Of a stretch of DNA of 52,999 nucleotides, positions 8,957 to 18,247 are shown one piece after another. Below the pieces are notes generated by a model. That model had not been told where the DNA came from, did no database searches, and saw only the letters and a program-made list of their open reading frames with translations. Every line of letters begins with the position of its first letter. Positions within the stretch are counted from its first letter, which is position 1. A program made the position numbers and the translations under genes. Source of the stretch: Prevotellaceae bacterium (GTDB lineage: Bacteria; Bacteroidota; Bacteroidia; Bacteroidales; Paludibacteraceae); contig JAISJU010000091.1 in NCBI GenBank assembly GCA_031261165.1, forward strand, positions 1-52,999, given 5' to 3'.

Positions 8957-9075
8957 TCTGAATCAGGATTTACAGTATTATAGGATAATACAGAATAAGA
9001 AAAATGCAGAATTTAAGTTCTGCATTTATTTTTCTTATCCTGTTAATCCTAAAATCCTGTAAATCCTGATTCAGA
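8957..9075. repeat. Family A element, long palindromic copy
   Basis: The arms are tctgaatcaggatttacag ... ctgtaaatcctgattcaga. The asnS terminator hairpin is embedded in the centre. Confidence 0.85.
8995..9027 (-). terminator. asnS terminator hairpin
   Basis: The 10-bp stem is aaatgcagaa / ttctgcattt, followed on the minus strand by TTTTTC. Confidence 0.6.
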
Positions 9076-9082
9076 CGACAGA

Positions 9083-10480
9083 TTAAAAATCCGCTGTGTT
9101 TGGCGTGCGCGGAAAAGGTATCACATCGCGAATATTCGCCATACCGGTAACAAAGAGCAACAGGCGTTCAAAGCCCAAGCCAAAGCCGGAGTGCGGTGCG
9201 GTGCCGAAACGGCGGGTATCCAAATACCACCAAATATCTTTTTGCGGAACAGCCATTTCTTGTGCGCGATTTTTCAGTTTCTCAAAATCTTCTTCGCGCT
9301 GCGAGCCGCCGATGATTTCGCCGATTTTCGGGAAAAGTACGTCCATTGCACGCACCGTTTTGCCGTCATCGTTTTGTTTCATATAGAACGATTTGATTTC
9401 TTTCGGATAATCGGTCAAAATCACGGGGCGTTTGAAATGCTGCTCTACGAGATAACGCTCGTGTTCGCTTTGCAGGTCTGTTCCCCACGACACAGGAAAT
9501 TCAAACTTATGCCCTTTGGCAACGGCTGCCTCCAGAATTTCGACACCTTCGGTGTAAGTCAGGCGTTTAAAATCGTTATCCAACACAAATTGCAGGCGTT
9601 CCGTCAGTTCTTTATCAAAATGTTCCTGCAAAAAAGCGAGGTCGTCAGCACAGTTTTCCAATGCCCATTTGATGCAGAATTTGATAAACTCTTCCGCCAA
9701 ATCCATATTGTCGGCAATTTCGTAGAACGCCATTTCCGGCTCAATCATCCAAAATTCGGACAAATGGCGCGGCGTGTTCGAGTTTTCGGCGCGAAAAGTG
9801 GGACCAAAAGTATAAATATCGCCCAGGGCAAGAGCCGCGAGTTCGCCCTCCAACTGCCCGGAAACGGTCAAACTTGCCTGCTTGCCGAAGAAGTCGCGGC
9901 TGTAATCAATCGAGCCGTTTTCGTCTTTTTTCAGGTCGTAGAGGTTGAGGGTTGTAACTTGGAACATTTGCCCCGCTCCCTCGCAGTCTGAGGCTGTGAT
10001 GATGGGCGTATGCACATACACAAAGCCTTTTTGATGGAAAAAGGTGTGAATAGCCATCGCCATATTGTGGCGCACGCGGTAAATCGCACCAAAAGTGTTG
10101 GTACGCGGGCGCAAGTGCGCTATCTCACGCAGAAATTCGAGCGAATGCCCTTTTTTCTGCAAGGGATAGGTTTCGGGGTCGGCAGAGCCATATACCTCAA
10201 TCTTTTCGGCTTGTATCTCCACCGTTTGCCCTTTTCCCTGCGAGGCAACCAACTTTCCCTCAACGGCAATACACGCCCCTGTGGTAATGGGTTTTAGCAA
10301 TTCTTCCGAGAAGTGTTCCAAATCCACCACAATTTGTATATTATTGACCGTTGAGCCGTCATTGAGCGCAATGAAATTCACGCTCTTATTGCCTCTGCGG
10401 GTGCGCACCCAACCTTTTACCAAGATTTTGACATCTGTTTCTGTCTGTTTGAAGACATCTTTGATTTTTGTCCGTTTCAT
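9083..10480 (-). CDS. asnS: Asparagine--tRNA ligase
   Basis: 465 aa. It has an N-terminal OB anticodon-binding domain and class IIb motifs ([37 protein letters not shown]). Confidence 0.93.
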   Translation of the reverse strand: MKRTKIKDVFKQTETDVKILVKGWVRTRRGNKSVNFIALNDGSTVNNIQIVVDLEHFSEELLKPITTGACIAVEGKLVASQGKGQTVEIQAEKIEVYGSADPETYPLQKKGHSLEFLREIAHLRPRTNTFGAIYRVRHNMAMAIHTFFHQKGFVYVHTPIITASDCEGAGQMFQVTTLNLYDLKKDENGSIDYSRDFFGKQASLTVSGQLEGELAALALGDIYTFGPTFRAENSNTPRHLSEFWMIEPEMAFYEIADNMDLAEEFIKFCIKWALENCADDLAFLQEHFDKELTERLQFVLDNDFKRLTYTEGVEILEAAVAKGHKFEFPVSWGTDLQSEHERYLVEQHFKRPVILTDYPKEIKSFYMKQNDDGKTVRAMDVLFPKIGEIIGGSQREEDFEKLKNRAQEMAVPQKDIWWYLDTRRFGTAPHSGFGLGFERLLLFVTGMANIRDVIPFPRTPNTADF

Positions 10481-10508
10481 ATATTTGTTATTTTTTTATT
10501 GTTGTTGT

Positions 10509-10610
10509 CCGTGCGCTAACGCACACGGTTATTGTAAGTTCAGTCCTTTCAGGACTGCAAATGTCCCCGAAAGGGGGCAAATTATAGTAACCGTGTGCGT
10601 TAGCGCACGG
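10509..10610. repeat. Palindromic element with 23-bp perfect arms
   Basis: The arms are ccgtgcgctaacgcacacggtta ... taaccgtgtgcgttagcgcacgg. The two inner hairpins are cagtcctttcaggactg and ccccgaaagggg. Confidence 0.9.
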
Positions 10611-10637
10611 AAAGAAATAGAATTTCGGGCGACAAAA

Positions 10638-11156
10638 TTAATCATTTTGTTGCAATAATTCAACAATTCCTTGCACAATATTTTCAATATCGCTTTCCAT
10701 ATTGACCGTAAAGCGTGCTTGCGTGTAAAAAGCCTCGCGTTTTGCCACATTTTCTTTGATAAAAGCGAGCAGTTCCTCGTCTGTTTTATCGGCAATGAGC
10801 GGGCGTTTCGATTTGGCTTTGGCGAGCGTTTCGCACAATGTTTCGGGCGAAGTTTGCAGGTAAATCGTTACACCTCGCTCGTTCATCAACGCCATATTGT
10901 CGAAAAAGCAGGGCGTTCCGCCGCCGGTGGCAACAATAGTGTTCTCAAAATCAACTGTTTCGCGCAACATTGCCGCCTCCGTTTTTCGGAAACCGTCTTC
11001 GCCGCGTTCTTCAAAAACCTGTGCAATGCTTTTGAAAAACCGCTTTTCGATATATGCGTCCAAATCAACAAAGGGCATACCGAGCCGAGCGGACAGCAGT
11101 TTGCCGAGCGTGGTTTTGCCGGTACCCATATAGCCGATGAGAAAAATGCTTTTCAT
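10638..11156 (-). CDS. aroK: Shikimate kinase
   Basis: MKSIFLIGYMGTGKTTLGKLLS contains the P-loop, and ...IVATGGG... follows. The ATG at 11154-11156 is 20 nt downstream of a TATCTTTG box. Confidence 0.88.
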   Translation of the reverse strand: MKSIFLIGYMGTGKTTLGKLLSARLGMPFVDLDAYIEKRFFKSIAQVFEERGEDGFRKTEAAMLRETVDFENTIVATGGGTPCFFDNMALMNERGVTIYLQTSPETLCETLAKAKSKRPLIADKTDEELLAFIKENVAKREAFYTQARFTVNMESDIENIVQGIVELLQQND

Positions 11157-11175
11157 TTTTTTGATTTTCGAGGCG

Positions 11176-11183
11176 CAAAGATA
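11176..11183 (-). promoter_or_regulatory. -7 box TATCTTTG upstream of aroK
   Basis: It lies 19 nt upstream of the ATG at 11156. Confidence 0.6.
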
Positions 11184-11237
11184 CAAAAAAAGAGGCTTTT
11201 GCAAGCCTCTTTCTCCAAATTATTAACAAGTTAAATC

Positions 11238-12953
11238 TTATTTTACGATGGACAAGAAGTCTGCATCGGTAGCAAATTTAGCAAATTCCACATCGGTGAG
11301 TGCTTTTTTCGCCAACGATTTGTCTTTGGTGATGGCGGCTTTCAAACCGTCAATCACTTGTTGTTTGTTAGCGGTACGCGCACCTACAACGGCTTTCAGA
11401 TAATCGGTCGTAGCATCGGGATTTTGAACGGCTGCCAACGTAGCGTTTGCTTTGTTGTAGTTGGCGGTCAAAATCTGTGTCAGCGCAGCCACATTCGAGT
11501 TGTTTTTATCCACCGAAGTAGCAGCAGCCGAGTAACTGCCTTTGGAAATTTGGATTAAAGCCTGTGCATCTTTGTAATCGGCTTCAGGCACGCCACCTTT
11601 GCCTTTGTCCAAATAAGAGGCGGCTTTAGCGTAGTCTTTGCCTGTTGCCAAAGTAGCGATACCCAAGTTATAGTTCGTTTTCGTTTCAAGCGATGAAATG
11701 CTTAATGCTTTTTCAAACAACGAAGTAGCACCTGCATAATCGCCCTGTTGGAATTTGATAGCACCCAAGTTGTTGTAACCGCGCCAATCGTTGGGGAATT
11801 GGTCAACTACGGCTTGATAAATAGTTGCTTTTTCCTGTGCGTTAGTGGTTAAAGTAGCACCGTAAAGCAATTCTTCCGCATTCAACGATTTGATGTCTTT
11901 TTTGACAGTAACCACAATTTCCGCATCGGATTTTCCGAGTACATCAACCGTCAATTTCAGTTTTGAACGGCGCAGTTGCGGAAGAATGTCGGTAGCAAGT
12001 TGGTCAAACACAGACGACAGTTTTTTGATTTCCTGTTCGCGTTTTTCGGGGTCGGCAGTGTTTTGCAGAATACTCAAAATCGTTTGTTTTTCTTGAATAT
12101 TAGACTTTTCCACCAATGTTTTGAAACCGTCCCAGTCTTCTGCCGTAAATTTAGACGAAACGCTGTTGCCGAGAGCCGACAGTTTTTGTTTTTTCAGTTC
12201 GGCTTTCAGGTAATCTACTGTTGCTTTTTCGCGGCTGCCTGCCAATTTGGAGTTCAAATCTTCGGCACCATCGGGCGAGGCATAAGCCTGTACTTCAACA
12301 CCTTTCAGAGCCTGATTGGCAGTGCTGTCGGTGGTAGCCGCTAATTTTTTCAAGAAGTTGGTCAGATTTTTCTTTTCCGAATCGCGAATGTCGTACTTGT
12401 TAATCACAAACAAGACTTGGGCATCAATTGCCTGCTCAACGGATTTTTGGAATTTGTCTTCTGCAAAAGTGGGGGTCAGGCTTTTGCCTGTTACGAGCGT
12501 AGGTGTTATAATTACACCGTCTGCCACTTTCACGCGGGGCAATTTCTGTGTTTTTTTACCGATGGTGGCTTCCAAATCAAGATAGAGTTCCGATTTTTCA
12601 AAACCATCTACATAGTCAAAAGAAGCATTTTGCGTAACTACGCCGCCTTCTTTGTAAGGAATGACCTGGTCATTGCCTTTTACTTTTTCGCCCTGGTAAG
12701 ATACCGACTCGGCGGCAATTTCTTTACCATCTGCCGAAACCAACACCGGTGTTACCTTCAATATGGCTTTTTTGGCGAAATACTTGGGCGGGAATTTTGC
12801 CGTAATAGCGGCATCAACCTTTCCTGCTTTCAACTCCAACGGACTCGGAACAACTTCAACGTAGTCCGAAGATAATTCTCCGATTTTGCCTGCACAAGAG
12901 GCAAAAAGGGCTGCAACTAATAATGCTGCAATGTAATAATAATTTCTTTTCAT
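11238..12953 (-). CDS. Lipoprotein with a central OmpA-like peptidoglycan-binding region and C-terminal TPR repeats
   Basis: The lipobox is in MKRNYYYIAALLVAALFASC. The OmpA-like signature is VEVQAYASPDGAEDLNSKLAGSREKATVDYL. TPR-like repeats occur near the C-terminus (WRGYNNLGAIKFQQGDYAGATSLFEKAL...). ATG at 12951-12953. Confidence 0.7.
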   Translation of the reverse strand: MKRNYYYIAALLVAALFASCAGKIGELSSDYVEVVPSPLELKAGKVDAAITAKFPPKYFAKKAILKVTPVLVSADGKEIAAESVSYQGEKVKGNDQVIPYKEGGVVTQNASFDYVDGFEKSELYLDLEATIGKKTQKLPRVKVADGVIITPTLVTGKSLTPTFAEDKFQKSVEQAIDAQVLFVINKYDIRDSEKKNLTNFLKKLAATTDSTANQALKGVEVQAYASPDGAEDLNSKLAGSREKATVDYLKAELKKQKLSALGNSVSSKFTAEDWDGFKTLVEKSNIQEKQTILSILQNTADPEKREQEIKKLSSVFDQLATDILPQLRRSKLKLTVDVLGKSDAEIVVTVKKDIKSLNAEELLYGATLTTNAQEKATIYQAVVDQFPNDWRGYNNLGAIKFQQGDYAGATSLFEKALSISSLETKTNYNLGIATLATGKDYAKAASYLDKGKGGVPEADYKDAQALIQISKGSYSAAATSVDKNNSNVAALTQILTANYNKANATLAAVQNPDATTDYLKAVVGARTANKQQVIDGLKAAITKDKSLAKKALTDVEFAKFATDADFLSIVK

Positions 12954-13181
12954 AGGATATAAAATTGTTTGATATAAATACACGTTAATTTTGGGGACAA
13001 AAATAGATATAAAGATTGATACACAAATAATTTTAGTGTTAAAAAAATAGAAAATTAAAATAATTATCAGCAAAGTATTGAAAAGACTATCATCAAAACC
13101 TTATGTTGCATAAACTTTCATAAAGCATTTTGCGGATAAAAAAAAATACATAAAATTTGCCGTTTAAAATTACATTCATTT

Positions 13182-14168
13182 ATGCTGTATTTATCGTATC
13201 TCAATAAATTAAACTTTCGGAGGGTAATAAACCTGTTCTTACTATGGGCAAGTTATCGGTTGTCATACCTGTTTAAAAAGCCCTTCGTATGGGCGGTACC
13301 TGTATCGTGCAGCATTGAGCCGCTCAATTTTTGCAACCTGCAATGTCCGGAATGTTTCGCGGGAAACGGTAGCCTCACACGCCCCAAAGAAATGCTTGAT
13401 GTGTTTGCATACCAAAGAATCATTAATCAATTCTCGCCCAACACGACATTTTTAACGCTTTATTTTCAGGGCGAGCCGCTGCTGCACCCCGATTTTGCAG
13501 AATTAGTACGCATTGCCGACCAAAAAGGCATTTTCACATCAACTTCCACTAACGGACATTTACTTGCCAAGCGCGAAATTGCCCGCAAAATAATACAATC
13601 CGGTTTAAAACACCTCATCATTTCCGTTGATGGCACTACGCAAGAAACATACGAAAAATACCGCAAAAACGGCAATCTGCAACAAGTGCTTGACGGTATT
13701 CGCAACATAACGGAAATGAAGAAAGAACTAAAATCGAAAACGCCTTTCGTGGAAATCCAGTTTCTCGTAATGCGCCACAACGAACACCAAATTCCCGAAA
13801 TAAAACGCCTTGCCAAAGATTTAAACAAACTGACATTCAAATCGGTGCAAATATACAATATTGATAAGAGCGATTTGCTGCCCGCAAACAAAAAGTACAA
13901 CCGTTACCGGCAAAACGCAGACGGCACACTCCGCATCAAAAGGCGTTTTCGCAACCGCTGTTGGCGGCAATGGTCTTCGGTGGTCATCGCTTGCAACGGC
14001 GATGTCGTTCCCTGCTGTTTCGACAAGAATGCTAAATATGCTTTCGGCAACGTGTTTGAAAAACCGCTCAAAGAGATTTGGTACGGCAAAAAAGCCAACG
14101 ATTTCCGCCGCGCCATTTTAACGAACAGGGGGAATATTGATATTTGCTGCAATTGCTCGGAAAAATAA
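13182..14168 (+). CDS. Radical SAM protein with C-terminal SPASM-type Cys cluster
   Basis: The CxxxCxxC motif is CNLQCPEC. The C-terminal Cys-rich region is CWRQW...ACNGDVVPCCFD...DICCNC. The N-terminus is hydrophobic. Confidence 0.8.
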   Translation: MLYLSYLNKLNFRRVINLFLLWASYRLSYLFKKPFVWAVPVSCSIEPLNFCNLQCPECFAGNGSLTRPKEMLDVFAYQRIINQFSPNTTFLTLYFQGEPLLHPDFAELVRIADQKGIFTSTSTNGHLLAKREIARKIIQSGLKHLIISVDGTTQETYEKYRKNGNLQQVLDGIRNITEMKKELKSKTPFVEIQFLVMRHNEHQIPEIKRLAKDLNKLTFKSVQIYNIDKSDLLPANKKYNRYRQNADGTLRIKRRFRNRCWRQWSSVVIACNGDVVPCCFDKNAKYAFGNVFEKPLKEIWYGKKANDFRRAILTNRGNIDICCNCSEK

Positions 14169-14201
14169 TCCTTTCCCTTTGCTGTCATTGCGGGTTGACA
14201 A

Positions 14202-15116
14202 TTATAACACCGCCCCCAACCATTTCCGCGCCTCTTTCTCGGAAATCCCTTTTCTTCGGGCGTAATCCGCCAACTGGTCTTCGCCTATCTCGCCAATCAT
14301 AAAGTAACTTGCCGCAGGGTGGGCAAACAGCAATCCGCAAGCGGAGGCAGTAGGATACATTGAGCCGTTTTCGGTGATTTTGATGCCTGTTTTGTCAAAG
14401 CCTAATATTTTATCCAACTGAAAAATAACGGACTGGTCGGGCAAAGAGGGATAGCCCACTGCAGGGCGGATACCCTGATATTCGCCTTTGAAAAGTTGCT
14501 CGACAGTCAAATTCTCGGCGGGCGCGTAGCCCCAATGTGTTTTGCGGATTTGCTCGTGCAGCCATTCGGAAGTTGCCTCTGCCAAACGGTCGGCAAGGGT
14601 TTGCGCCAAGAGTGCGCGGTAAGTATCGCCCTCAAATTTCTCGCGCAGTTCATCGCTGCCCGCCACCGATACGGCAAAAATGCCGACATAATCGCCTTTT
14701 GGCGAAACAAAATCTGCCAAAGAAAGAAAATGTCCGTTCTCGTTTCGTTGCTGCTGCCGCAACATCGGGATATAAACCGGCTCATTTTCGGCATCAAAAA
14801 CAATGCCTTCGTTTTCCGATTTGGCGGGCAGAATTTGAAAAACGGCTTTTATGGAAAATGATTTTTCGCTTTCGGCAAGCAAGCGTTGTGCATCGCGAAA
14901 AAGATGAAGTGCCTCGCGGGCTTTTTCGCGCTTGTCCTGCTTTTGCAGCCAAGCCGCCTCGCACGCCTCGCAAAGACAGACTTTTTCAATGCCCTCGTAT
15001 CGCCCTGCGACTTTCCACGCTTTGAAAAAGTATGTCCAATTGATGTAACGCGCTATGGCGAAGACGTCAATGTTATTTAATAATGTAAGATTTTTGTTTT
15101 TGGGCGGATAAATCAT
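14202..15116 (-). CDS. Stand-alone methionine synthase (MetH) AdoMet-binding/reactivation domain protein
   Basis: It aligns by eye with the E. coli MetH C-terminal domain: ...WTYFFKAWKVAGRY..., ADRLAEATSEWLHEQIRKTHWGYAPAENL, YQGIRPAVGYPSLPDQ, QLADYARRKGISEKEARKWL. Confidence 0.85.
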   Translation of the reverse strand: MIYPPKNKNLTLLNNIDVFAIARYINWTYFFKAWKVAGRYEGIEKVCLCEACEAAWLQKQDKREKAREALHLFRDAQRLLAESEKSFSIKAVFQILPAKSENEGIVFDAENEPVYIPMLRQQQRNENGHFLSLADFVSPKGDYVGIFAVSVAGSDELREKFEGDTYRALLAQTLADRLAEATSEWLHEQIRKTHWGYAPAENLTVEQLFKGEYQGIRPAVGYPSLPDQSVIFQLDKILGFDKTGIKITENGSMYPTASACGLLFAHPAASYFMIGEIGEDQLADYARRKGISEKEARKWLGAVL

Positions 15117-16249
15117 TTATCTATATTGATTAATTCATACTGCCGCGTTCCCAAACCGATTTCTTCCGCGTGGTCAAGCCCTGCCTCCCATTTGGTGTTT
15201 GGGTGTACGAGGCGGAATTTTTCTTTGCCTTCAAAATCGTGGTGTTGGTGGCGGTCAGTTATTTTGTTATTGCCCAGCGCGGGGGCTTTGGTTACGAGGT
15301 CGGCGCAAAGTTGGTCGAGTGCCACAGGGTCGAACGAGGCGGCAATGCCGATGTTCGGCACAATGGCGGCATCGTTGCAGTTCCAGCAGTCGCAGTCGGG
15401 CGACACGTCAATGATGAAATTGATGTGGAAATTCGGCTTGCCGTTCAGCACGGCGTAGGTGTATTCTGCCACGCGGTAGTTCATTATTTCGGTGGAATTG
15501 TCCCAAACCGGCTGTGCGGAATCGAAGTTACACGAGGCAACGCATTGCCCGCAACCCACACAAAGTTCGTAATTTATCACCGCTTTTTTCTTCTCATTGA
15601 GAAAAATGGCGTCAGATGCGCAGTTTTTGATGCACTGCCCGCAGGAGGTACATTTTTCTGCATCAATAACGGGTTTTGAAGACGAGTGCAGTTCTAACTT
15701 TCCGGCGCGGGCGGCGGCACCCATTCCCAAGTTTTTGAGCGCACCGCCAAAACCTGCCTGCTCGTGTCCTTTAAAGTGGTTCATCGAAATCACGATGTCC
15801 GCCTCCGCGATGGCTGCGCCGATTTTTGCCGATTGGCAATACTGCATATTCAGCGGCACTTCCACATAGTCGATGGCGCGAAGTCCATCGGCAATGATTA
15901 CCGGACAGGGGATAGCGATGGGGTTAAAGCCGTTTTCGTAGGCACTTGCGAGGTGGTCAAGTCCGTTGGAACGCCTGCCGGTGTAGAGCGTACAAGCGTC
16001 TGTGAGGAAGGGTTTCGCGCCTTTGCCGAGCAGGAATTTTGCCACGCGGGCGGCGTAGTTCGGGCGGATATACGCCATATTGCCCGGCTCGCCGAAGTGG
16101 ATTTTGATAGCCGTAAATTTGTCTTTGAAGTCGATTTGCTCAATGCCCGCTTTGCGAATCAATATTTCCAACTTATCCAACAGACTGCGGTTGTTGCGGA
16201 TACGCATATCTGTGAAATATACTTTTGAGGGTTGCGCTACTTGTGCCAT
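15113..16249 (-). CDS. DUF362-family protein with an inserted 2x[4Fe-4S] ferredoxin module
   Basis: The N-terminus is DUF362-like (KVYFTDMR...IKIHFGEPGN...RPNYA). Two CxxCxxCxxxC motifs are present (CTSCGQCIKNC, CVGCGQCVASC). ATG at 16247-16249. The track start at 16282 is a TTG inside the -7 box. The stop overlaps the downstream ATG (ATGA). Confidence 0.75.
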   Translation of the reverse strand: MAQVAQPSKVYFTDMRIRNNRSLLDKLEILIRKAGIEQIDFKDKFTAIKIHFGEPGNMAYIRPNYAARVAKFLLGKGAKPFLTDACTLYTGRRSNGLDHLASAYENGFNPIAIPCPVIIADGLRAIDYVEVPLNMQYCQSAKIGAAIAEADIVISMNHFKGHEQAGFGGALKNLGMGAAARAGKLELHSSSKPVIDAEKCTSCGQCIKNCASDAIFLNEKKKAVINYELCVGCGQCVASCNFDSAQPVWDNSTEIMNYRVAEYTYAVLNGKPNFHINFIIDVSPDCDCWNCNDAAIVPNIGIAASFDPVALDQLCADLVTKAPALGNNKITDRHQHHDFEGKEKFRLVHPNTKWEAGLDHAEEIGLGTRQYELINIDK

Positions 16250-16279
16250 AGTTTTTTTTAGTTCATTAAAATAATGCCA

Positions 16280-16287
16280 CAAAAATA
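16280..16287 (-). promoter_or_regulatory. -7 box TATTTTTG upstream of the DUF362 gene
   Basis: It lies 30 nt upstream of the ATG at 16249. Confidence 0.55.
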
Positions 16288-16342
16288 CAAAACTTTTTCT
16301 TCACGGCAAAAAGGTTGTAACGTTTTTTTTTCATTGACCGGC

Positions 16343-16419
16343 GTAGGGGCGTATTGCATACGCCCTTCACAATGTTTTTTTTGTTGGGGGGGAAGAGGGC
16401 GTATGCAATACGCCCCTAC
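16343..16419. repeat. Palindromic element with 24-bp perfect arms (GTAGGGGCGTATTGCATACGCCCT)
   Basis: The reverse complement of arm 16343-16366 equals 16396-16419. Each arm is itself a small hairpin (ggcgtat-tgc-atacgcc). Confidence 0.9.
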
Positions 16420-16520
16420 AATCAACCAAATCCGCGTCAGCGGGTTACTGTTTTTATTCTGATTTACAAAAAAAGATATTCCATTTCTCGAAGAAATGGA
16501 ATATCTAAAAACGCCGCTTT

Positions 16521-17759
16521 TTACGGCAACTCGTTGAGCGAACTATAAATATGGTCGGCACTCCAATCATACACATTGCCTTTGGTGTTGTTGGCAAATG
16601 TTACGTTTTCGTGTGTCAGGCGAAGATAACCTCTGTCCCAGTAGGCAATCTCAATGCCGTAGTTGTAGGAATTGCGGAAAATGCAATTTTTCAACGTCAA
16701 TTCGGTTTCCTGCGAGCCTGTCAGGTAAAGTAATGATTCATACTGCCCTTTGCCGCCGTACTCAAATGTGCAATACTCAATGCTGTTGCCCGATGTTCCG
16801 TAAATCCGCACTTCGTTCCAATACTCGCTTGTGCCGGGCAGGCGGGTAATCAACACAGGTTTTTCGGCTGTGCCTTTTATCAGCAGTTTGGCAGAGCCAT
16901 CGGCAGCCGTAAAATAACTGTCGGCAGCCCTGTAAATGGTAACGCCCGCATTGATGGTAAATTTACCTGTACACGAAATATTGCCAATGTAATAAGGTAC
17001 AGTGGTTTCGGACAGCGTAACGTCTGCCACGCTTGTCGCATAAGACACTTCAATATAATCCTTTCCGTTACCCGCGAGTGCAGAAGTGTTATCCAAAATT
17101 TGTGCCTGCGCGATGTAATTTACCCAAATGGGATTTTCATCGCAAGCGGTAATTGTGTTGTGGTCAAAAGCCGACAGAATGTCTTTGTTACGGTCGGCAA
17201 CCATAACGCCGTAGGTTTTCGACCCCGAAATGCTGCAATAACTGATGCCGACTTTTCCGCCATCATAAGTTGTTATCGCACCTTTTTTCGTTCCGCCTCT
17301 GTTTGTGCCGCCGCCATTGACGAAGTCGCAATACTTGAATTCATTGTCGTTGAGTGTCTGAATTTGAATACCCAACCAACTGCCTTTGTTCGCGCCACCG
17401 ACAAACTGAATGTGTTTTTCAGCCATTCCGATTGCCTTAATGGCGGCACCATCGTAAATTTGCATACGACCGCTGCCGTCATTTTTTGTAAACTGAATGG
17501 TAACGCCCGGCTCAATGGTGAGCGTGGCATTATTCTCCACATACAAATCACTACCTGCAAAGAAGTAGTCAATCGGCAAGCCCAAATCTTTGAGCGTGGT
17601 GTTCTCGGTGATTGGACTTGTGAGTTCCGTCAAAACCCCGACAGGCGTTCCACCATCCGGCTCGTCTTCATCTTCTTTTCCGCAACTTGCGAAAGTGAAA
17701 CCTGCGAAGAGGGCAATTATCATTGCCCAAAACTTCAATGAAAAATAATTTTTAGTCAT
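16521..17759 (-). CDS. Lipoprotein, probable right-handed parallel beta-helix fold; function unknown
   Basis: The lipobox is in MTKNYFSLKFWAMIIALFAGFTFASC. Repetitive G/N/T-rich segments of about 22-25 aa (..NNATLTIEPGVTIQF.., ..INAGVTIYRA..) are typical of beta-helix repeats. Confidence 0.6.
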   Translation of the reverse strand: MTKNYFSLKFWAMIIALFAGFTFASCGKEDEDEPDGGTPVGVLTELTSPITENTTLKDLGLPIDYFFAGSDLYVENNATLTIEPGVTIQFTKNDGSGRMQIYDGAAIKAIGMAEKHIQFVGGANKGSWLGIQIQTLNDNEFKYCDFVNGGGTNRGGTKKGAITTYDGGKVGISYCSISGSKTYGVMVADRNKDILSAFDHNTITACDENPIWVNYIAQAQILDNTSALAGNGKDYIEVSYATSVADVTLSETTVPYYIGNISCTGKFTINAGVTIYRAADSYFTAADGSAKLLIKGTAEKPVLITRLPGTSEYWNEVRIYGTSGNSIEYCTFEYGGKGQYESLLYLTGSQETELTLKNCIFRNSYNYGIEIAYWDRGYLRLTHENVTFANNTKGNVYDWSADHIYSSLNELP

Positions 17760-17810
17760 AGTAATAAAGAATTTAGAGATTAGAAAATAATTAATTGAGA
17801 TATAATCCGG

Positions 17811-17867
17811 TTATTGTCTTCTATAACTTGAATATTGTCTTCTATGTTTCAGTTATTGTCTTCTATA
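17811..17867. repeat. Three direct repeats of (T/A)TATTGTCTTCTAT(A/G) at exact 21-bp phasing
   Basis: The copies start at 17811, 17832 and 17853. They lie 52-108 nt upstream of the beta-helix lipoprotein ATG. Confidence 0.85.
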
Positions 17868-17881
17868 TTTCAAAAGGAAAC

Positions 17882-17916
17882 AAAAAAAACCGTACGAGGA
17901 ACGTTTCCCTCGCCGG
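17882..17916 (-). terminator. Intrinsic terminator after the 40-codon ORF
   Basis: The minus strand reads ACCGGCGAGGGAAACGTTCCTCGTACGG followed by TTTTTTTT. Confidence 0.65.
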
Positions 17917-18039
17917 TTATGCTGAAAAATTATCGTAAGTCGCTTTAAATGAGTGATTTACCCCCCCCCATAAACAAATTTTAACAACCGCTGTATCTGC
18001 GGCTGCCAAAGGGTTTTGGTATGTTTTTGAGGTTTTCAT
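17917..18039 (-). CDS. Candidate 40-aa small protein (MKTSKTYQNPLAAADTAVVKICLWGGVNHSFKATYDNFSA)
   Basis: It is below the ORF-track size cut-off. ATG at 18037-18039 and TAA at 17917-17919. It is bracketed by a TTTG-N20-TACCTTTG promoter and a hairpin+T8 terminator. It could instead be a non-coding RNA. Confidence 0.35.
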   Translation of the reverse strand: MKTSKTYQNPLAAADTAVVKICLWGGVNHSFKATYDNFSA

Positions 18040-18068
18040 TTTAGGGTTCAGTGTTTATTTTGATGGGG

Positions 18069-18100
18069 CAAAGGTAAAAGGGAATTTTGATATGTGCAAA
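18069..18100 (-). promoter_or_regulatory. Promoter TTTG-N20-TACCTTTG upstream of the 40-codon ORF
   Basis: Both boxes are present. The -7 box ends 29 nt upstream of the ATG at 18039. Confidence 0.55.
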
Positions 18101-18141
18101 TAAAATGATATGTTTTGCAACATAAAAATACATATATAGTG

Positions 18142-18161
18142 CCGTCAGTTAAAACTGACGG
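18142..18161 (-). terminator. Hairpin downstream of rpoC (possible terminator)
   Basis: ccgtcagtt-aa-aactgacgg is a 9-bp stem. There is no immediate T-run, so support is weaker. Confidence 0.4.
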
Positions 18162-18247
18162 AACTTACAAGCAATAAAAAAAAGCCAAGAGAAAAGCCAA
18201 AGACTTTTCTCTCAACTCCCAACAAATATGAAAAAACTATATTAAGA

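Noticed and set aside
17811-17867. Possibility that the periodic repeats (here and at 52645-52712) are a CRISPR array
   Set aside because: There are only 3-4 units of 12-15 bp at 21-bp spacing. That is far too short for CRISPR repeats and spacers, and no cas genes are present.
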